NCBI GenBank assembly: GCA_951406725.2
Contig: OX597825.1
Coordinates: 16,120,001-16,184,000, forward strand
Origin: Octopus vulgaris
Taxonomy: Eukaryota
Reading direction: 5' to 3'
Length of the DNA: 64,000 nt
Shown one piece after another: positions 55,658 to 64,000 of the stretch. Made by a program: the position numbers and the translations under genes. Within the stretch, counting starts at the first letter, position 1. Each line of letters opens with the position of its first letter. The notes beneath the pieces are model-generated. The model worked only from the letters and a program-made list of their open reading frames with translations. It did no database searches and was not told the DNA's origin.

Positions 55658-57607
55658 ATATTACTAGTGGCAGTAGGTGTGGGACATCATTATAAGAAGA
55701 ACAATAAATATGCTAGCACCATCTTTATGTTTTATTTTCATGTAAAGCATGTTTATGCGTATTTTCTCTTTGTCAGTATTATTCTGTGTTAATTGTAAAA
55801 ATGACCTCAAATTTAACCAGTGTCAACTTTACGTTTCATCCTTGTGGCAGATGGTTGATGAAATTAAGTACAAGTGAAACACTAGAATCAATAAATTCCA
55901 TTCTACTTTTGCCTTCAAGTTCGAGGCCTTGTGCCTGCCTCAGATGTCAATTTTGAATATCACTGATTCTCCTACATCTTCACTGTAAACAAACTAGAAT
56001 CGTATTTGATTTTGAGAAAATTTGTTTCTGACATAAACATCATCTTCATTATTTTACATCTGCTTATCTTTGCTGGCATGGGTTAGACATGTCATGGTCC
56101 AGTTCAATTCTTGTTCAAAGTCATGGTCACCCATGACATTTTGGAGACCAAAATCCTGCTTGAATATTCTATTTTTTGGCATGGTTTCTAAGATTGGATA
56201 CCCTTACCTATTTCTTTACTACCCACAAGTGGCTAAACACAGAGAGGATGAACATGGACAGACAAACAGATTAAGTCGTTTATATTGACCCCAGTGCGTA
56301 ACGGGTACTTATTTAATTGACCCCGAAAGGATGAAAGGCAAAGTCGACCTTGGCGGAATTTGAACTCAGAACGCAGCGGCAGACGAAATACCGCTAAGCA
56401 TTTCGCACGGCATGCTAACGACTCTGCCAGCTCGCTGCCTTTACCATTGCCAACCACTTTACAGAATGTATTGGATAAATATTATTGTAGGCAAGCATTA
56501 GAGAGGCTGACCTTACAAGGTATTCATTTGTCAACCACTTCACAAAATGCACTAGGTGCATTTTATCATGTTACCAGCACAACAGAAGTTATGCCTTGAT
56601 GAAAAAGTTGTCTCACTTGGAAATCTTTAGTCTTATGTCTGTTCAGTCTTTCGCCAGCAGCAGATGATTGATTCATCCCCTGCAACAATAATGTGAGCCA
56701 AATTGTTCCTCTAATTTCTCTATGTATTCATTTCTTTCTCTCACACACACCTGGGTGGGAAGAGAGTGAGAGTGGAATGAGTAGAAGAGTAAAAGAAGAG
56801 AAGAATTAGAATGATAGGTAGAAGATGATAGATGAAAGAGTAATAGAAGAGAGAAAAAGGAAGGAGTGTCAGACAGCTATATGCAGGTTGTTGGTAAGGA
56901 GATTGGATAGAAGCAACATGGTTGAGAATGTGATAAAAGAGAACTAGAGTGATATGGGTGAAAAGCTGATAGAAAACAGAATAGAATCAGAGACAGCTAT
57001 ATGATGATTGTTGGCAATGAGATTGAATAGAATCAGCTTGAATGGTGTGATAGGAGTAGGAGGAGGGAAGCAAGGGCATAGAATAGAGAATACAATGAGA
57101 GAGTGATGGGTATTGATAATCAGTGATAGAAGAGAAGCAGTGTATGAAAGAGTGATGGATGGCAATGAATATGGTTGATGGTGAGGGTGGAAGTGATGTA
57201 TGTTGATAATGAGTTATAGATAATATATGAGATATGAAATATATATCTTAATAGCAACTCATGCTTTAATAAATACAGCTTCGTATCTAATAAACTTTTT
57301 CTTTTGGTTCTGCATATTGATGTTTCTAATGTAATTAATTATTTCTCACATTAGTACAGAACCAAGAATTTGTATGGACGATTATCAGTCCCCAATATTC
57401 ATACTTATTTTATCACCAGTACCCCCTTCCAAATACATGATATAGGTCCATAATGTAATGTGAAATAATTAAAATACCACAAAACTAAATTCGTTTCTGC
57501 TATTCAACCACCACCAAAGAATTTCTGACAAAATTATGCTGCAGAAATGTTTTCGATTTCTCTCCTTCTTCTTGAGACAGGCTCATATCTGCAACTAATA
57601 TTATAAT

Positions 57608-58194
57608 TAACTCTTTAGCATCTAAACTGGATATATCCAATCAAAATATCCTATCAAGCCAGTCAGATCCAGCTGCTCACGCTTACCCTACAATGTCATT
57701 CTAAAAGTAAACAATCACATCACTGAAATCTCAAAGCTATGAGATAATGCGTGATTAATTCAAAACAAGGCCAGATCCTGCCTTTCACACCTACCCTACA
57801 ATGTCATTCTAAACGTAAACAGTCACATCATTGAAATCTCAGAGTTATATGATAATCTTTTCTACTCCAGGCAAAAACCTGAAATTTTCGGAGAGGGGAC
57901 AAGTCGATTAGATCAACCCCAGTACACAACCGGTACTTAATTTATCAACCCTGAAAATATAAAAAGCGAAGCTGACCTTGACGGAATTTATTAAAAGTTG
58001 AAAAGCAAACTCGACCATGGGGGAAGTTGAACCCAGTGGGGGAAGACGGATGAAATACCACTAAGTATTTAGCCTGACATGCTAACGATTTTGCCAGCTC
58101 GCCCTCAAAGTTATAAGATAATGCATGATTAATTCACAGTGTGAACAAATAAGCAATACATTTAACAGAGTGATACAAATGCTAAAGGTTTAAA
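57608..58194. mobile_element. Older piggyBac-type MITE with a nested SINE
   Basis: ttaactctttagcat...atgctaaaggtttaa ends; internal duplication; SINE at ~57857-58105. Related inverted copy at ~12770-13377, also split by a SINE. Confidence 0.55.
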
Positions 58195-61100
58195 TTATGT
58201 GAATACTACTTATTGTATATGCATAATGCAGCCCTGGTGGTCAGCTGTCATAGGGGAGACAATTCCTTTTTTTTGTTTAAGTCAAAGCTGGGGTGGAGGT
58301 TAAATTTTAGATCTACTTATTTGTAGGAGAACAGGAAGTGCTCAGAGTCTTTTCCATATTTTTCCTTTTCCTAAACAGAATAATTGTTTGTGGAAAAACT
58401 AAGGTCACAACAAGTAAATATTAGTTTGAAATTTTAGCCTAAAGCCAGTAATTTTTTTTTTCTTTTTGGTGGGGGAGTTAGGTCACTCGCATCAATCTCA
58501 GTATTTTACTGGTGCTTATTTTATTGACCCTGGAAAGATAAAAGGCAACGTTGACTTTGATGGAATTTGAACTCAGGATATAAAGATAGACAAAATGCTA
58601 CTAAGCATTTTTTCCCAGTATGTTAGCAATTCTTTACTACAATAGGGGGAATTTTGGGGGAAGGGGCAAGTTGATTACATCAACCCCGAAAAGATGAAAG
58701 GCTAAGTCGACCTCAGCAGAATTTGATCTCAGAATAGAACACAGGCAAAATACCTATTTCTTTACTACCCACAAGGGGCTAAACACAGAGAGGACAAACA
58801 AGGACAGACAAATGGATTAAGTCGATTATATCGACACCAGTGCGTAACTGGTACTTAATTTATCGACCCCGAAAGGATGAAAGGCAAAGTTGACCTCGGT
58901 GAATTTGAACTCAGAACTTCTGCTGACTCTTTCGCCACAACTTTCTCTCACTCTTTCCTCCTGCATCTTGCAGCTCCCCTGTGACGGACCGGCATCCCGT
59001 CCAGGCGGGAACCTATACACTGGGAAACTGGGAAACTGGGAACCTATACACTGGGAAACTGGGAAACTGGGAAACCGGCCCTTATTAACCAGGCATGGCT
59101 CGAGAAGGAACAAACAAAATATTGCTCGTTGCAGGTATAAAGAGAGCTGAGTGGAATTAGAGGAGTTGGTTCTCCATTTGAACCTTTGCAGAGAAGGAGA
59201 TTCATTTGAATTTTTGCAGCTTAAATGCAGAGGAGAGCTCAAGAGAATAGATTCTACTTTTTACCTTTTACTTATTTGAGTTGTTGGTCTGTGACCATGC
59301 TGGGGCACTGCTCTGTAGGTTTTAATCAAATTTATTCTATCAGTTTCTTTTGCTGAACCACTAGGTTATAGGGACACAAACAAGCCAAAAACCAAATGCC
59401 AAGCAGTAGTGGGGGACAAACACAAACACACATGCACACACATATGTGCATATATACAATGAGCCTCTTTCAGTTTCTATCTATTAAATCCACTCACAAG
59501 GGCTATAATAGAATACACCAAGGTGCCATGCAGTGGGGCTGAACCTGGAACCATGTGGTTGAGAAGAAAGCTTCTTAACCACATGGCTACATGTGTCTAT
59601 GGGTAAATTAGCTTACCACATGGACTATAGATACAGGTTTAGGGACACAAGACACATAGCCTAGTAGCAATAGATGAAGCAGAAATAAGGGAAATACTTA
59701 AGAATAGTTTAATTTAATTGACTGTAACTTTTGAGGCTTTGTGCCAATGTTAGATATTAATATTGATTTCAAATTTTGGCACAAGGCCAGCAATTTCGGG
59801 GGAGGAGGTTGATTACACATCAACCACAGTACTCAGCTGGTACTTATTTTATCAACCCCAAAAGGATGAAAGGCAAAGTCAAACCTCAGCGGAATTTTTC
59901 ACTCAGAAGATAAAGACAGGTGAAACATCATTGAACATTTTGCCCAGGTGTGTTAACGATTTTGCCAGCACGACATCGTGTTAGATATTGATATTAATTG
60001 GCAGAAAAAAGGTAACGAGCTGGCAGAATCATTAACACTCTGGGCAAAATGCTTAGCAGCATTTCTTCTGTCTTTACGTTCTGAGTTCAAATTCTGCTGA
60101 AGTCAGCTTTGCCTTTTATTCTTTCAAGGGTCAATAAAGCAAGTACCAGTTAAACGTTAGGGTCAGTTAAATCAGATTCCTCCTCCTCCACCGAAATTGC
60201 TGGCCTTGTGCCAAAATTTGAAATCATTATTAACAGACAGAAATGGTAGGGTGTCAGATTAAATGTCTGATAGTATTCGGTCCTGCCTCTTTACATTCTG
60301 AGTTCAAATCCTAGCTAAGGATTGACTTTACCTTTGACCCTTTCACAGCTGTTATTGCTGGTGGTGAGTCAGCAGAGCACTGAATAAAGGGCCATATGAT
60401 ATTTGCTCCAGTATTTTGTGTTCTGTGTTCAAATTCTGTCAAACCCTATTTTATCTTTTTATCCTCCTATGGTCAATTAATGAAATACCAGTTTTGGGTA
60501 GTTGACCAGTAGAATTGTTTGAGTGATGGATAGGATGTTTTGCAGTATTTGTTCCATTTCATTGTGTTATGAGTTCAAATTTCACTGTGGCCTTCTTGGG
60601 TGGCAAGCTTAAACCATCACTGAGTTTAAAACTGCCACCCAGCTCTTTGATGCCTTTAATTGAATCCTTTCTTATGCAAACATTCAGATCATGATTTTTC
60701 ATTTGATGACCCCTTCCTTCCTCCCTTTTACCAATCTTGGAGGCCCTATAAAAAGGTCATGGACCCTAATTTTTCCTTCTGATTAAAGTAGTAACATGCT
60801 TATATCTACACGCAAACAAAACAAATAAATAAAACCAGTTTATAATTAGCTCATAATTCTTTGAAGGACGTTTACTACCATGTCAGCAAAGCCACAGTCG
60901 TTAGAATAAAAAGAAAAATTAGCAACTAAACAAAATCTTCAAATTTTTTCTGTAAATAAAAAATAAAAGGTTACTTTATTTTCTCCATGGCAACAGCATT
61001 ATTATATGGGTGTTGGCATGGCTATGTGGTTAAGAAGTTTTCTTTAAAACTATGTGATTTTAGGTTCAGTTCCACTGCACAATTCCTTTGGTAAATGTCT

Positions 61101-62112
61101 TCTACTATAGCCCCAGGCCTACTATCTTGTGAGCAGATTTCTTAGACAGAAACTGAACGAAGGCCATTGTGTGTGTGTGTATAGATAGAATTCAAATTCC
61201 ACCGTGGTCCACTCTGCTTTTCATCCTTTCTGGATTGATAAAATAAGTGTCATCTGAGTACCAGGATTGATGTAGAGCAACTTACCATCTTCCCCAAAAT
61301 TGCTGGCCTTGTGCAAAAATCTGAAATCAATATATCCATTTACATATATATGTTAAATTTTTGTTCGAATACAACAAGTTTTGTTTTCTATATAAGTGGC
61401 AAATATTTTTTTTTTCCATGAAAGTAGAGAATACAAAATTATGGTTTCACATAACAAATATTTTTGCATAATAGTTTTACAGAAAATATGTTAGTGTATG
61501 CATTCACAAAGTAAGTATGACATACATAGCATGAAAAAAGGAAGGGAGAGACAAAAAAATATCACATCTTACTTAAAGGTTTTTCATAGGAGAACAGTTT
61601 TAATGAATAAATTTTACTGCATTTTGTAGGCAAAAGAGATTTTGTACTTAAAGAAAAATCATACTTAACTAACCAGGATCCAGGTTTTCACTGTCATACA
61701 GCTTAACAAAGTTCCAAGTAACTCTTCCATTATATGTAAATACCATATGGCATACATATATATATATATATATTGATAGTTATTGCCAAGCTTACATGGC
61801 AGTCCAGAAAAATAGGACGAATGCTGCCATTGAATAGCTCTAAGAGGCCATTGCCTCTAGCTAGCAATGTGACACACAAACCTGTGTCCATTATAACCTT
61901 CGGACAGGGGAGGTCAGCAGCTTCCCTTGCTGGTCTGGCTTGCCCTTGCTTCCCACCTTATGTATATCCTCATCATTATCATCATCGTTTAACGTCCGTT
62001 TTCCATGCTAGCACGGGTTGGACAGTTCGACTAGGGTCTGGGAAGCCAGGAGGCTGCACCAAGCTCCAGTCTGAACTGGCAGTGTTTCTACAGCTGGATG
62101 CCCTTCCTAACA

Positions 62113-62247
<135 letters not shown>

Positions 62248-63159
62248 ATAGATAGGTAGATAGATACATACATACATACATACATAAGTAAATAGATAGA
62301 TAGATAGACCGATGTGTGTGTGCATGTTTATATAAACATTTAAGGCCTTGGCAATTTCTGTTTTCCTTTTATGAAAGAGAATTAGTCGCCCATGCATGGT
62401 TCATTTTCAAGTATTCTACAAAACGTGTCTAGCCATGGAGAAATATTACCCAGCTTGGAAACTGGTGAGGATTGATGACAGGAAGAGCGTCCAGCCATAG
62501 AAAAATCTGCCATCATAAGCTCCATCCGACCCATGCCGGCATGGAGAAATAAATGTTAAAATGATGATGATGATGATGACAAGGACGATGATGGTGATGA
62601 TGATGATGATGATGATGGTCATGGTGATGACGATGACGATGATGATGATGATAATGATGATGATGATGTATGTATGTATGTATGTAGATTTTCAGTCTCT
62701 TTTACCGGTAATTGTATGGAGAGTTATTCATTTGCTAGAATCAGCACCTTTTAAAGCATGTATACAAGACTTAATTAAATGGAGAGATCGTAAATCTCAG
62801 CCTGGAAGAGAGATTGGAAGATACGTAGCAGTTATCTCAAGCACTATCTGGTGTAAAACATTATTAAAGAGAACAATACAGAACTACAGAACGTACGTTA
62901 TAAATTATATACAGACATACTTACATACATACATTCACACACACACAACCACACACACACATACATGTATACTTACATATATATACATGCAATCATACAT
63001 ACATAAATATATATATATATATATATAGATAGATATAGATATATATGTATATATGTGTATATATATATATATATACACACACACACATATATTTATATAT
63101 ATTTATATATATATATATATATAATATATATGTATATATGTATCTCTCTCTCTCTCTCT

Positions 63160-63206
<47 letters not shown>

Positions 63207-63297
63207 CATATACATATATATATACATATATATACATATATATAGCATGGAAAGCGGACATTAAATGATGATGATGATGATATATATATATATATAC

Positions 63298-63381
<84 letters not shown>

Positions 63382-63404
63382 ATGTATGTATGTATGTATG
63401 TATG

Positions 63405-63443
<39 letters not shown>

Positions 63444-63574
63444 ATATATATATATATATATATACATATATATACATATATATACATATATATACATATA
63501 TATAGCATGGAAAGCGGACGTTAAATGATGATGATGATGATGATATATATATATACATATATATATATACATAC

Positions 63575-63642
<68 letters not shown>

Positions 63643-64000
63643 GTATGTATTTATATATAAGTATGTATGATTAATAATAATATCTATAAATATATGGATA
63701 TAAGTATGTATTTGTAGGAGTGTGCGTGTGTATGTATGTGTGTGTGTATGTATCTAATATGTGTATATATCCGATCAATAACTGTGATTATTATGCATCA
63801 TATTAATATACATCGATATGTGTAATATATTTGGAGACACAGATCTTTATATCTTAATATATTGGTATTTACCGTTTTCAGTGTTCCGTTACTCAAGCTT
63901 CATATGTTTTGATATTGGCTGAGAGCAATCAACGGATGGATAGTGAAGGAGTGCTCCGATGCACACCGGAACACACCTTGTGAAGGTGTAATAAACCTTA

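Overview
AT-rich eukaryotic (animal) genomic DNA, saturated with microsatellites ((TA)n, (ATT)n, (CA)n, (GAT)n) and SINE/LINE fragments. I recognise the repeat families as octopus-type (coleoid cephalopod); this is inference from recall, not a search. Nearly all ORFs in the supplied track are microsatellite or SINE artefacts. One spliced protein-coding gene is well supported on the + strand: three phase-compatible exons (34443-34703, 38098-38183, 42081-42304) encode about 189 aa of a four-TM TMEM221/Jiraiya-family protein ending in ...ELSTLV. Candidate upstream exons lie at 17504-17614 and 19847-20011 (the second has an in-frame TAG), and there may be a very long (~12 kb) 3' UTR. The most striking non-coding signal is a dispersed set of short, mutually divergent elements in or beside (TA)n tracts. 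They are usually fold-backs, and many carry type I hammerhead ribozyme cores (CUGANGA...GAAA...UH) with self-complementary, covarying stem III segments. They look like remnants of Penelope-like element pLTRs or retrozyme-like elements whose ribozymes would need to dimerise to cleave.
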